Assembly: GCA_012549035.1 (NCBI GenBank)
Contig: GCA_012549035.1_4805.1
Strand: one strand, 5' to 3'
Length of the DNA stretch: 64,000 nucleotides
DNA from: a phage
The stretch's first letter is position 1. Each line of letters begins with the position of its first letter. A program made the position numbers and the translations under genes. The notes beneath the pieces were generated by a model that saw nothing but the letters and a program-made list of their open reading frames with translations, did no database searches and was not told where the DNA came from. Shown here piece after piece: positions 19,497 through 28,544 of this stretch.

Positions 19497-20957
19497 TTAA
19501 AGGTTAGAGAAGAAGCCGGATGCTGCAACAATTGGTTTCATCAATGCCATGATTGCGGCGTCCGCTTTGTTAGGCGATTTAACTCCACGCTTTGCCATAT
19601 CCTTTTTCGATTCAACTTTGAACTTACCAAGAACAGACGTGTCTTTGCGCGGCGCTGACATCTCAAAAAGAAACGTCTCAATTTCTTCCGCAGACCAAGC
19701 AGGAATCCCAAGTTCTGGAATGCCGTCTGTGTCGATGGAAATCAACTCATCGGTCGGATATACGGCTTGCCCTGTCGCATACTCATATGTCTTTCTGAAT
19801 CGTTCGGCAATCTCAGTCCATTTTTGCGCTTTTATGTTTGCGAAATGGTCTTTATTGAGTATTTCAACGTGTGGTAACTCAAGGAAAACGTCATCAGGAT
19901 CATCAACAGCACCTTGCGCGTTGAACGCATTAAATTCGATTCTTGGGAATGTTGGATTTTCATGTATTGCATACTCATTGAGCTCATCAAATTTTGAACC
20001 AGCAAATGCACCGACACCGATGGCGTCATAGGTAATTGACGCGCCGAATGTCAATGCGTCTTTCCAAACTCCGCTTGCGGACTTAAGCAATTCATCTTCC
20101 AGACCTTCCCATGTCTTGATGCCACGTAATACGTTGCCTGTGACGAATGCAGTGGCGTTAAGGTCGTCGCCATCGTCCGCTACGTCAAAGCCTATACGGT
20201 TAGACCCTGACAAACTCCATCCCAGCGTAGGGTGCTTGTGGAGGTTAAGCGCAGCCTTAACGAATGCGCGGTTGATTACAGATTTGTCGCCGCCAGTCTT
20301 CGGCACGCCGCCATAAACGTGCTCTGCCTTTTTCGGGTCACGCTCGTACATGCCTGCAATAACGTCCAGCATTGTTTGCGACAAAAATGGATTGTCTTGC
20401 CAGTTTATCTTTTTAACAATGGCATTCTTCGGCGGTCGCATAACAAAGTTTTGGTAGACGAAATCGGCCTCTTCATCAGGGTTAAAGATGATCCATATTT
20501 CGGACCCTTCTTTACGGATTGTCGGCTCAATAATGTCCCACTGTTCTTCAGTAAGCGCGTGCGCTTCTTCCAGCCAAAGGACGTCAACACCTTCTGTTGA
20601 TTTAATTTCATCAACGTTACGTGCGATACCGTAAAATAGAAATTCAGATTTAGTTCTTTTATGTTCAATAGAGTTCTTTAATAAATTGAACTCATCTTTG
20701 AAATCAGAAATCTCTATTTTGTCTTTTAATAGAGTATATACAGATTCAGAAATCTTGTTCTGGAATTGTCGAACGCAAAGGAATTTTAATTTGAAGTTTG
20801 CCGCCAAATAAATAGCAAAACCAGCGGCATCGTGCGATTTGGAAGATGCACGACCGCCGTATATTACTTTGTATCGCGCTTTTGTCTTCCAGACTTCTTT
20901 TAAAGCAGGATTCAACTGGTACATGACTTTCCAATTATGTGTTAATATTTTATTCAT
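19497..20957 (-). CDS. terL: terminase large subunit
   Basis: 486 aa; N-terminal ATPase block KVIYGGRASSKSHDAAGF (Walker A-like) and overall large-terminase architecture. Confidence 0.85.
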   Translation of the reverse strand: MNKILTHNWKVMYQLNPALKEVWKTKARYKVIYGGRASSKSHDAAGFAIYLAANFKLKFLCVRQFQNKISESVYTLLKDKIEISDFKDEFNLLKNSIEHKRTKSEFLFYGIARNVDEIKSTEGVDVLWLEEAHALTEEQWDIIEPTIRKEGSEIWIIFNPDEEADFVYQNFVMRPPKNAIVKKINWQDNPFLSQTMLDVIAGMYERDPKKAEHVYGGVPKTGGDKSVINRAFVKAALNLHKHPTLGWSLSGSNRIGFDVADDGDDLNATAFVTGNVLRGIKTWEGLEDELLKSASGVWKDALTFGASITYDAIGVGAFAGSKFDELNEYAIHENPTFPRIEFNAFNAQGAVDDPDDVFLELPHVEILNKDHFANIKAQKWTEIAERFRKTYEYATGQAVYPTDELISIDTDGIPELGIPAWSAEEIETFLFEMSAPRKDTSVLGKFKVESKKDMAKRGVKSPNKADAAIMALMKPIVAASGFFSNL

Positions 20958-21033
20958 ATTATAGTTTGCTTGTGCAAGCTATATCAAGTAAAATTATGAT
21001 TCCAGCTTAGTAGTGGATAAAGGGTGATCTTTC

Positions 21034-21061
21034 GGCCAGATTCTTTCTGGCCATTTTTTTA
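21034..21061 (+). terminator. intrinsic terminator-like hairpin
   Basis: GGCCAGA-ttctt-TCTGGCC followed by TTTTTTT; lies between divergent terminase and 21075 genes. Confidence 0.5.
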
Positions 21062-21074
21062 TCAGGAGTAAACC

Positions 21075-21305
21075 ATGGCCCTAGTCAACATTCAACTCAC
21101 TCCCTCTTATACTTCCGTAATCTCTGTTGCTGAAAACGTATCAGGAGCACTTATTCAAGTTCGCGGCGGTGCCGCTGAGATTTGTTTTGGGGAAAAGGCC
21201 GATGACAATTTGATCGGAATCGCAGTTGTTGGTACAGTCACAATCCCGCCAGGCGTTGAGATTTTCGCAAAGGGAAGTGGCACATTAATTGCGTCTTCAC
21301 ACTAA
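21075..21305 (+). CDS. hypothetical protein (76 aa)
   Basis: RBS AGGAG 7 nt upstream of ATG. Confidence 0.55.
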   Translation: MALVNIQLTPSYTSVISVAENVSGALIQVRGGAAEICFGEKADDNLIGIAVVGTVTIPPGVEIFAKGSGTLIASSH

Positions 21306-21393
21306 TACGATGCCATGGACGGCATAATTCACAAAAAGTTTGCCTTTCTGAAACTCTGCGTTATAATCATATTAACTCAAAACCGGAGGTAAT

Positions 21394-21609
21394 ATGAAAC
21401 TCATCGACCGTGCCATCAAAGCCATAGATAACCATTCCACAGCTATTGCATTTGTAATGGGATTCTGTTTTACTGCTGCGTTTGGCGACGTTCAAACATT
21501 CAAGTCTGTCATCTTGTGCTGGTCTATCTGGTCCCTCATTTCTCTGGTTTTGATTCTTCCGATGACGTGGCTTGTCCTTACTTGTCTGGAATCTCAAGGT
21601 GAAGACTGA
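21394..21609 (+). CDS. small membrane protein (71 aa)
   Basis: RBS GGAGG; two predicted hydrophobic helices. Confidence 0.55.
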   Translation: MKLIDRAIKAIDNHSTAIAFVMGFCFTAAFGDVQTFKSVILCWSIWSLISLVLILPMTWLVLTCLESQGED

Positions 21610-21830
21610 TGAGACTATCAATCAAAGAGCGGGCAAAACGTCCCAAAAGGAGTGAGCCAAAAGCGAAATATACATGCGTAGGCGGTCCATTCGACGGTCA
21701 AGCGATGTGGCTTTCAAAATCTAATCCATCGACGGTTGAGTTTAGCCTTCATGGAATGCGCGGCAGATACCTGCTAAACAGAGAAACAATCGGCAGCACA
21801 TTTGTGGAGTGGAAAGAAAATGGCAAGTGA
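21609..21830 (+). CDS. hypothetical protein (73 aa)
   Basis: Start overlaps stop of upstream gene. Confidence 0.45.
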   Translation: MRLSIKERAKRPKRSEPKAKYTCVGGPFDGQAMWLSKSNPSTVEFSLHGMRGRYLLNRETIGSTFVEWKENGK

Positions 21831-22053
21831 ATTAACTTTAAAAGTACCAAAAGAAGTGCTAGATAAGGCATATGCAGATTCTGTAAAAGAATTGGCCGTG
21901 GTGCTTGGGATTGAAAATGAATTTAACGTTCAATTGCAATTCCTTAAGGACACGCTTCAAATTAAAGAGAATAGAGAGGCTGGAAGCGGTGCGCCTTTAG
22001 CTCTGGCAATCCTCTATACAGGTCTGATTTTGCAATCTGGAGACGAACTGTGA
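21820..22053 (+). CDS. hypothetical protein (77 aa)
   Basis: In-frame ATG at 21820 (MASELT) chosen to reduce overlap with upstream gene. Confidence 0.4.
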   Translation: MASELTLKVPKEVLDKAYADSVKELAVVLGIENEFNVQLQFLKDTLQIKENREAGSGAPLALAILYTGLILQSGDEL

Positions 22054-22211
22054 ATCGTTGGTGCAGTTGGAAGTTGAAACGACTCGCATGGGCCAATGCC
22101 GCCAATTCTGCTGGCCCAATCACCGCTGGTGTTGGGTCGATATGGGATGGCGAAGGCCGTTGGGACTCTCTGTGTGGCACGCGCCTATTCTTTCGCGTAA
22201 AATAATTATCA

Positions 22212-22232
22212 CCCTTCCCGCTTCGGGAAGGG
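22212..22232 (+). other. GC-rich stem-loop upstream of RBS
   Basis: CCCTTCCCG-ctt-CGGGAAGGG perfect 9-bp stem followed by AATTTAAAGAGG and ATG at 22250. Confidence 0.45.
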
Positions 22233-22249
22233 AATTTAAAGAGGTTATC

Positions 22250-22591
22250 ATGAACAACACTTTATCACAACTGTTAATCTGGACTATCGCCGCTATCATC
22301 GGCACCGTTATTATGATGTCAAGTGCAAAGGCTGAAACGGATATTTGCGGCAGGCTGATTTCTGAAAACGGCGAAATCTATTATGGCAACTCAAAAGGTG
22401 ATTATATATCGCCTGAAGTTTGCGCTCAGAAGAAAGCAGAAATGCAAAAGCAGTATCATGAAGATCAATCTATATCTCAAGCCGCTCTGATTGAATTAAG
22501 TATATCAGCCATCATCTTTCTAATCGTTTTTATGCTCATTATTAAACCAAATAATGGCAGCCACCGTCATATTCCTCTCAAAAGAAATTAA
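22250..22591 (+). CDS. membrane protein (113 aa)
   Basis: RBS AAAGAGG; N- and C-terminal hydrophobic segments; track ORF N-terminal extension rejected. Confidence 0.55.
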   Translation: MNNTLSQLLIWTIAAIIGTVIMMSSAKAETDICGRLISENGEIYYGNSKGDYISPEVCAQKKAEMQKQYHEDQSISQAALIELSISAIIFLIVFMLIIKPNNGSHRHIPLKRN

Positions 22592-22629
22592 GGTTATAAT
22601 ACGGTTGTCGACAAAACGAGGACCGTAAA

Positions 22630-24981
22630 ATGCCAAGGCTAATATTCAAAAACAACTTTGAGGTCGCGCTCGCTCAGCCAACGACGACTTCAGACACCAC
22701 AATCACAATCCGCTCAGGGTCGGGCTTTCCGGCCTTGGGCGCAAACGAGAGTGTAGTGGCGACAATCGTCGACGCTGCAACAGGCCTCCAATTCGAAATC
22801 ATCACAGTAACAGCCGTCGTTGGTGATGTCCTGACCGTTCAGCGTGCACAGGAAGGGACTGCAGCGCGTGCATGGGCTGCTGGTGACATGCTTTCCATTC
22901 GAACAACTGCTGCGACTTTGACGGGTACTGTCCGAAACTTTGGCGTAATTCCTAATGGAGTAAACCTTAACGCGCTGAACGGAAGCTGGTTCGGGCAGTA
23001 TTACCAACTGGCTGATTCTGGGGCATCAATATCACTCAACTATCCTGTCGCACAAGCGGGAATACTTGAAGTTTTACAAACGGGAGTTTCAACGAACGGA
23101 TGTGTTCAGCGATACACACCTTACAACACTAACACTGTATACCAGAGGCTGTATAATGCCATCACATCAACTTGGTCTGATTGGGTTCAAGTTTATAATA
23201 CGCAAAGCGTTATACCAGTCGCAAATGGCGGTACAGGACAAACGACCATCCAAGGGATGAAGTCTGCTTTTGGATTCGGAACGGTCGCTGATCAAAACAT
23301 TGTTCCCACTTCAATGGGCGGTACGGGATCAGCAGACAATGCGCAGGCATGGCTTAACATTCGTCCACAAGGGTCGACTCCGCTGGCTGGCGACCCTGTG
23401 AATGATTATGATGCCGCAACTAAGCGTTGGGTTGAGAACTTAGTAAATACTGGCACCGTTGGCCCAAGCATGAACGGTGTTATGAACTATGGCGTCGGTG
23501 ACTTCCACTTACGCGACAGTCGTGCTTATATTCAACCGTATGAAGTCGTTGCTGATGGGCAGTTGTTAAACCGCGCTGACTGGCCTGAACTTTGGGCGTA
23601 TGCGCAAATGCTTTCTCCTATTGCTGATGCCGACTGGCTTGCCGACCCAGCGAAACGCGGCAAGTATTCACTTGGTAATGGCACAACGACATTCCGTGTG
23701 CCAGACCGTAACGGTATTCAGACGGGATCAATAGATTCTCTTTACGGTCGAGGCGATGGTGGCAATTCAAGTCTCGACGGAACAGTGATTGAATCAGGTG
23801 CACCAGATATTCAAGGTTCCATCCGAACGGTTTCGGCAGCAGCTGTATTTGAAAACTCAGGGCAGAGCGGCGCATTTTACAATCAAGAGGCGACTTATCC
23901 TTATGCAGACCTTGGCAGCATAACTGCGCCAGGCGCTACAACAAATTATCCAAGGCGTGTGAGTTTTTCAGCCAATCGATCAAATTCCGTGTATGGCAGA
24001 ACGACAACCGAAATCCGACCGAAGTCATTCATCGGCGTTTGGGTAATCCGTGCATCTGGTGGGTTCGTGGCGGCGAATACGACTTGGAGCGTTATTAATG
24101 GTGACGCAGTAAAACCTGCAACCGGAACGCTTGTCAGAGGCGGCAGTGTAAAATCTGAATATAAAATTGGCACCAACATTGCGTATCAAGCATTCTTGCA
24201 AGCATACGGTAAGATTGATGGATTAACGTCTGAACAAGGTGCTGTGATATCTAATGGGGTGCAAGAATGGAAGTTTGCGCAAGACGGTACATTTTATTTC
24301 CCTGACTCCATAAATCAAATTGGCACGGAAAGGTCAGACGGGGCGTTGAATGTTAATGCATATCTCAGACCAAAAGACCTTGTTGCGAAACCGTTGAACT
24401 CAGTAGGCGTTTCAGCGTATGAAAGCAACGGCATGAGGATGATAAACTTCAACCAGTCAACACCTGGGTATGTATCATATTTTTCAGGGGATTGGTATGC
24501 TGGCAGTTATACATTCGGAGGCGTTCGAGGCACCGGAGTTGATTTGATGCACGCGCAAATATCCATAAACAATGGGCAAGGCGCTGCAGCAGACTTCAAA
24601 TTTCTACCTGATGGTACTGCTACTGCAGGGAACTGGGTAAGCACGTCTGATGAAAGGGTAAAAACAAATATTCAAAGGATTTCCGACCCGTTAGGAAAGA
24701 TGAGGTTGATCAAGGGTGTGACTTGGGAGCGCCTTGATAAGTCAGAGAAACCGAATGGCATCGGCTTTATAGCTCAAGATGTAGAAGGTGTATTCCCTGA
24801 CGCAGTAAGAACTTTGAAATATTCAAACACGGAACTTAAGGATGGCACGGTTGTAGAGAATATCAAGTCAGTCGACACTTACGGAGTGGCAGCGGCACTG
24901 CACCACGAGGCTATTCTCGCATTGATGGATCAAATAGATGAACTCAAGGCAGAGATAGCCGCGCTGAAAGAAGCGAAATAA
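22630..24981 (+). CDS. tail fiber protein with C-terminal intramolecular chaperone (S74-type) domain
   Basis: 783 aa; C-terminal block SDERVKTNIQ...GVTWERLDKSEKPNGIGFIAQDVEGVFPDAV...LMDQIDELKAEIAALK matches the endosialidase-chaperone auto-cleaving domain. Confidence 0.85.
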   Translation: MPRLIFKNNFEVALAQPTTTSDTTITIRSGSGFPALGANESVVATIVDAATGLQFEIITVTAVVGDVLTVQRAQEGTAARAWAAGDMLSIRTTAATLTGTVRNFGVIPNGVNLNALNGSWFGQYYQLADSGASISLNYPVAQAGILEVLQTGVSTNGCVQRYTPYNTNTVYQRLYNAITSTWSDWVQVYNTQSVIPVANGGTGQTTIQGMKSAFGFGTVADQNIVPTSMGGTGSADNAQAWLNIRPQGSTPLAGDPVNDYDAATKRWVENLVNTGTVGPSMNGVMNYGVGDFHLRDSRAYIQPYEVVADGQLLNRADWPELWAYAQMLSPIADADWLADPAKRGKYSLGNGTTTFRVPDRNGIQTGSIDSLYGRGDGGNSSLDGTVIESGAPDIQGSIRTVSAAAVFENSGQSGAFYNQEATYPYADLGSITAPGATTNYPRRVSFSANRSNSVYGRTTTEIRPKSFIGVWVIRASGGFVAANTTWSVINGDAVKPATGTLVRGGSVKSEYKIGTNIAYQAFLQAYGKIDGLTSEQGAVISNGVQEWKFAQDGTFYFPDSINQIGTERSDGALNVNAYLRPKDLVAKPLNSVGVSAYESNGMRMINFNQSTPGYVSYFSGDWYAGSYTFGGVRGTGVDLMHAQISINNGQGAAADFKFLPDGTATAGNWVSTSDERVKTNIQRISDPLGKMRLIKGVTWERLDKSEKPNGIGFIAQDVEGVFPDAVRTLKYSNTELKDGTVVENIKSVDTYGVAAALHHEAILALMDQIDELKAEIAALKEAK

Positions 24982-24988
24982 TTCACTC

Positions 24989-25016
24989 AAGGCGCTGAAA
25001 AGCGCCTTTACTTTAT
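24989..25016 (+). terminator. intrinsic terminator after tail fiber gene
   Basis: AAGGCGCT-gaaa-AGCGCCTT then T-rich TACTTTAT. Confidence 0.5.
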
Positions 25017-25034
25017 GCGCTATTAAGTTATACT
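25007..25034 (+). promoter_or_regulatory. sigma70-like promoter (TTTACT-N16-TATACT)
   Basis: Same element class as the island promoters; upstream of gene 25065. Confidence 0.35.
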
Positions 25035-25064
25035 CATTATACGTTAACAAGTGAGGTGAATGAA

Positions 25065-25346
25065 ATGAAATTTGAATACATCGATAAGGCCCAAAAAGCA
25101 AAGGCGCTGCCTAAATATGTCATCTGTGGTATTGATCCTGAAGATAACCGCTTGGTCTTCTTAAAGCAAGTTGATAGCAATGAATCTGGCGATGCAGTTA
25201 ATTGGTGCATTCCTTTGTTTGAGACAGCAGAAGAAGCCCAGAAAGTATTGTCAGAAAGCAATCTGCCTAAACACTACAACGTGATTTCACAAGATGACAT
25301 GGCAAAATTAGTGTTTAATTTTATGGATATTGGAGAAAGGTTCTAA
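25065..25346 (+). CDS. hypothetical protein (93 aa)
   Basis: ATG at 25065 with GAGGTG upstream. Confidence 0.5.
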   Translation: MKFEYIDKAQKAKALPKYVICGIDPEDNRLVFLKQVDSNESGDAVNWCIPLFETAEEAQKVLSESNLPKHYNVISQDDMAKLVFNFMDIGERF

Positions 25347-25555
25347 TGGAAATTAAATTATTGTCCGATTTCGTAAAAAGTATTGAATCCAAAGGAATGA
25401 CAATAAAGGCAAAGAAAGGTGGCCTTGTCTGCATCGATAAGCAACAAAGTGATCAGAGTATATCTCTTGATGATATCAAAACTATGCAAAAGCTTAACAA
25501 GAAGGGCGACTTGCACAAGTTCTTAATTGATATTGGGGCGGTGGACAATGGATAA
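25346..25555 (+). CDS. hypothetical protein (69 aa)
   Basis: RBS GGAGAAAGG; 1-nt overlap with upstream stop. Confidence 0.5.
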   Translation: MEIKLLSDFVKSIESKGMTIKAKKGGLVCIDKQQSDQSISLDDIKTMQKLNKKGDLHKFLIDIGAVDNG

Positions 25556-25646
25556 AGAATCACGACGCTTTGCATTTTGGGGCACGGTATGCATCGCCGC
25601 GCTGTTTGGAATCGCTTATGCAATTGTTTACGCTGCAGCGGCATAA
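25548..25646 (+). CDS. small hydrophobic peptide (32 aa)
   Basis: MDKESRRFAFWGTVCIAALFGIAYAIVYAAAA; overlaps stop of upstream gene, ends 2 nt before next ATG; weak RBS. Confidence 0.3.
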   Translation: MDKESRRFAFWGTVCIAALFGIAYAIVYAAAA

Positions 25647-25648
25647 TT

Positions 25649-26044
25649 ATGATCATCGATATTGAAAAGGCTCTCAAGCGCGAATTGACACCAGGTGCGA
25701 CTCCTGGAGAAGAAGCCTACTACCGACCGAAAGCGCAACGCACCAATGAGATTCCGGTTGTGAAGCGGACAGTGAATAAGAACGGTCAGCGGTCGCGACC
25801 ACGCTCTATCCGGTCCGGTGAAAGGCTGAAAACGATTCGCCAGTGTCTACAACGTCTCGAAATAATGGGTTGTCGCGCTTATATCGACCCTGATGGAAAG
25901 GTCATGGTGAGAATTGGCAATAGTACACAGCTACAAGACGGATTGCCCTGCGGCGAATCCAGACCCATAGCCAAGACCGACCGTGTGGCTACTGGTCGCG
26001 AGGTTGAGGAAAGTTGGTTGGGTGCTTTCTTATTAAAATATTGA
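25649..26044 (+). CDS. hypothetical basic protein (131 aa)
   Basis: In-frame ATG at 25649 (MIIDIEK) within track ORF 25577..26044. Confidence 0.5.
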   Translation: MIIDIEKALKRELTPGATPGEEAYYRPKAQRTNEIPVVKRTVNKNGQRSRPRSIRSGERLKTIRQCLQRLEIMGCRAYIDPDGKVMVRIGNSTQLQDGLPCGESRPIAKTDRVATGREVEESWLGAFLLKY

Positions 26045-26051
26045 GGTTAAT

Positions 26052-26246
26052 ATGAATAAAAATGAATCAGTAGCGTTCTTGCAATGGCTGGAAGGCGTGG
26101 TGGAGTATTACGCACCAAAAGACCGCTTCATCTTTCAAGGTAAAAGCTTCAAGCGCAAAGGACAAGCCCAGAAAGCAGCGCGTAAGTACTGGAAGGAAGT
26201 TTATTCAGATTTCTTTCAGCACATCGGCTCAGTTGGTATCGATTGA
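26052..26246 (+). CDS. hypothetical protein (64 aa)
   Basis: RBS TGAGG upstream of ATG. Confidence 0.5.
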   Translation: MNKNESVAFLQWLEGVVEYYAPKDRFIFQGKSFKRKGQAQKAARKYWKEVYSDFFQHIGSVGID

Positions 26247-26341
26247 TGAATCCAATCGTTACAATTAACAAACCGATTTGAATGCCGCGCTATGCGGCTT
26301 TATTATAATTCAAGTTAATCACCCTCATGAAAGGTAATGAT

Positions 26342-26722
26342 ATGTCAAATAAGAATGATTCTATTCACAATACATATACTAAAGGCAGCGGCACTGCTTT
26401 TGGTTCAAGTATCAAACTTGACGCTCCATCTTGCGATTCTGATGGATTGGAAGTCGGCAACCGCGACTTAACATGGGTTTTACGTCGCCAATCCGATTTA
26501 GAAGAGAAGCTGGAAAATATTGAGCGTTCTCTCGAAAGTTTGCGCGACCAGCTTTTTGGCTGTTCTGGAGATGAGTCAAAACCTGGACCATATGCAGCCA
26601 ATCGTGGTTTGATTGATAATATGCTTGCTATTACCGCTCGATCAATTGGTAAGACTGTGTCCATTGAATCATTGATCAGCCAGATTGCGGATGGCTTTGG
26701 TGATGCCCATAAGAGTGAATAG
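26342..26722 (+). CDS. hypothetical protein (126 aa)
   Basis: ATG 26342 preferred over 26327 (AAAGG upstream); TATAAT-like box at 26304-26309. Confidence 0.5.
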   Translation: MSNKNDSIHNTYTKGSGTAFGSSIKLDAPSCDSDGLEVGNRDLTWVLRRQSDLEEKLENIERSLESLRDQLFGCSGDESKPGPYAANRGLIDNMLAITARSIGKTVSIESLISQIADGFGDAHKSE

Positions 26723-26751
26723 TGGGTGTTGCTGATTTAACCGTGAATCGT

Positions 26752-26778
26752 GGGTCGCTGTTGCGGCCCTTTCTTTTG
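26752..26778 (+). terminator. intrinsic terminator
   Basis: GGGTCGC-tgtt-GCGGCCC stem (one G-U pair) followed by TTTCTTTTG. Confidence 0.6.
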
Positions 26779-26995
26779 CCTGCCGCGCAGGAGTGTACTG
26801 CAAAATTCCTGTGGGTACAAAATAGTACGGTACTGTCTAGGGCTTTTTCTTTGAAAAGTTAGTGGACCAAATGTGTCGTATTTTGATTAGTGTACCGCAA
26901 ATTTCATCAAGTACCAAAACGCACCAAAAGACCCATGCCATAAAAACCACACGAACGCAATAATCAATCGCCGTTACAGTTTCCAGCGTTACAAT

Positions 26996-27056
26996 TCGAA
27001 AGCGAATGATTCGACGCATAATAATATGAAGCACAATGATTCGAAAGCGAATGATT
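26996..27056. repeat. direct repeat ATTCGAAAGCGAATGATT x2
   Basis: Two copies about 44 bp apart inside the 600-bp non-coding gap. Confidence 0.6.
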
Positions 27057-27373
27057 GTGTGTAGGATAATATCGGTGGGGATTATTCGAGATGCATGTAA
27101 TTTCGCATGCGTACTATTTTCGGGCGAAGGGTCGGCATATTCCTCGTTTTAGTTCGGAACGAAGGGAAAGTTTTGCGCCTTTATAAAACAACGACTTACG
27201 CGACCCGCCCTAACGGTCCGATATAGGTGTCTATATAAAACAAGGACTTACTCGATGTTCTCCATTTAACGTAATACCTGTTATGCGAACTAAGGCGCAT
27301 CTCGATGAAGATTATGCGACGAAGAAGGGAAGGATAAAGGAGTTTTTTGCGGAGAAGCGCATCGAGATAGGGA

Positions 27374-27401
27374 CGAAGAAAAGCCGCGACTAAGCGCGGC
27401 C
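27374..27401 (-). terminator. intrinsic terminator (minus strand)
   Basis: On minus strand GCCGCG-cttagt-CGCGGC followed by TTTTCTTCG, 26 nt after stop of 27427..27636. Confidence 0.55.
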
Positions 27402-27426
27402 TATTAGTAACGGTGGGTGATTATAA

Positions 27427-27636
27427 TTAAAGGAATAATCCGGCGCGTTTAATTTGCCCAAGGACGTTATCGCGACGGCGACGCATAACCGCGTATTTAA
27501 CTTCTTCTTCGTATCCCCAGCCGCCGATGGATAACATCGCGTTCATATTATCGCATAATTCCTTAAGCTCGCGAAACATATCGATTACGGCGGTGCGATG
27601 GGCGCGCGCGTTAAGAGAGTTATTCATATTAGTCAT
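27427..27636 (-). CDS. hypothetical protein (69 aa)
   Basis: RBS AAGGAG; second gene of a two-gene minus-strand operon; CpG-rich codon usage. Confidence 0.55.
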   Translation of the reverse strand: MTNMNNSLNARAHRTAVIDMFRELKELCDNMNAMLSIGGWGYEEEVKYAVMRRRRDNVLGQIKRAGLFL

Positions 27637-27646
27637 TTTCTTCTCC

Positions 27647-27937
27647 TTAAAGGCTTACGATTTTAAAGTAAGTTACTTCGCCGCCGAGTTGCGGTACAGC
27701 GATATATTCGCCGCCGATTTCGGTGATCGTATAAACGAATCCGTTAATCGTTACGCGGTAGGATACGATGTCCTCGTCGCGATACTTGTAAAGGTCGAGG
27801 AAGTTGATCGGCTCATAAATAGACTCGATAATCGCGTCGACGTTAGAGAGATAAACGCTCTCTAAGGTTTCGCCAAATACGTTAGAGTTTTCGGAAGTTT
27901 CGACGCGAGCGGCGCGGATAGCGGATAAAGTAATCAT
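27647..27937 (-). CDS. hypothetical protein (96 aa)
   Basis: RBS AGGAG 6 nt upstream of ATG; preceded by promoter cassette and leader hairpin. Confidence 0.6.
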   Translation of the reverse strand: MITLSAIRAARVETSENSNVFGETLESVYLSNVDAIIESIYEPINFLDLYKYRDEDIVSYRVTINGFVYTITEIGGEYIAVPQLGGEVTYFKIVSL

Positions 27938-27961
27938 AATATTCTCCTAGTTAGTCGGGAG

Positions 27962-27982
27962 GGTAGCGACCTATTCGCTACC
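27962..27982 (-). promoter_or_regulatory. conserved 5'-UTR hairpin (cassette copy 1)
   Basis: On minus strand GGTAGCGA-atagg-TCGCTACC flanked by GGGA...TCCC; covaries with copy at 28524..28544. Confidence 0.45.
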
Positions 27983-28004
27983 TCATCCCCTCTCGATATA
28001 AAAC

Positions 28005-28033
28005 ATTATAGCCTTAGTGTACGAATAAGTAAA
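28005..28033 (-). promoter_or_regulatory. promoter cassette copy 1 (TTTACT-N17-TATAAT)
   Basis: Minus-strand GCTTTACTTATTCGTACACTAAGGCTATAATGTTTTATATCGAGAGGGG; near-identical to the 28473 and 28403 copies. Confidence 0.5.
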
Positions 28034-28043
28034 GCACTTTTCG

Positions 28044-28346
28044 TTATTTTGCGATAAAATATTTGTAAGCCTTATCGCCTTCTACGTCGATATACTCGAC
28101 GATAATTAATGCTTCGCCGCGCGGCGTAACCGTCTCGATAAGGGTAACGGCTTCGTCGTCGGTCTTCGCGAAGCGGATGGCGCTACGTTCGGCGTACTTG
28201 ATATCGTCGAAGGAAAGACCGACGAAGGCGACCGCGCGGACCTTAATGGCGCTAGATTCTAGTTCGGCGTTAACGGCGGCGATAAGAGAGCGAACGGTTA
28301 AACGGTCTTCGTCGTAAGTAAGGATGGAAGAGATTAAAGTGGTCAT
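28044..28346 (-). CDS. hypothetical protein (100 aa)
   Basis: ATG at 28346 with GGGAG-TTTTATT-ATG arrangement identical to neighbouring genes; track N-terminal TTG extension rejected. Confidence 0.55.
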   Translation of the reverse strand: MTTLISSILTYDEDRLTVRSLIAAVNAELESSAIKVRAVAFVGLSFDDIKYAERSAIRFAKTDDEAVTLIETVTPRGEALIIVEYIDVEGDKAYKYFIAK

Positions 28347-28402
28347 AATAAAACTCCCGATGCTAGTGGAAGGAAGGGCCATCGCCCGTCTCGATATAAA
28401 CA

Positions 28403-28430
28403 AGTATACGTGAGTGTACGAAGAAGTAAA
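28403..28430 (-). promoter_or_regulatory. promoter cassette copy 3 (TTTACT-N16-TATACT)
   Basis: Minus-strand CTTTACTTCTTCGTACACTCACGTATACTTGTTTATATCGAGACGGG. Confidence 0.45.
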
Positions 28431-28472
28431 GAAAAAGATAAATAATTTATCTCATTTTTATCGAAAAAGTGC

Positions 28473-28500
28473 TTTACTTTTTTCTACACTATATTATAAT
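28473..28500 (+). promoter_or_regulatory. promoter cassette copy 2 (TTTACT-N16-TATAAT)
   Basis: GCTTTACTTTTTTCTACACTATATTATAATGTACTCATATCGGGACGGG upstream of gene 28570. Confidence 0.5.
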
Positions 28501-28523
28501 GTACTCATATCGGGACGGGATGA

Positions 28524-28544
28524 GTTGACGAATAGGTCGTTAAC
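28524..28544 (+). promoter_or_regulatory. conserved 5'-UTR hairpin (cassette copy 2)
   Basis: GTTGACGA-atagg-TCGTTAAC with compensatory changes relative to the 27962 copy; followed by CTCCC-AAACT-AGGAG-ATG. Confidence 0.45.

Noticed and set aside
22058-22249. N-terminal extension of track ORF 22058..22591
   Set aside because: Extension is Trp/Arg/Cys-rich and runs through a GC-rich hairpin; ATG at 22250 has a strong AAAGAGG RBS.
26837-27034. 65-aa minus-strand ORF in the non-coding gap
   Set aside because: No RBS, overlaps the direct repeats, hydrophobic nonsense composition.
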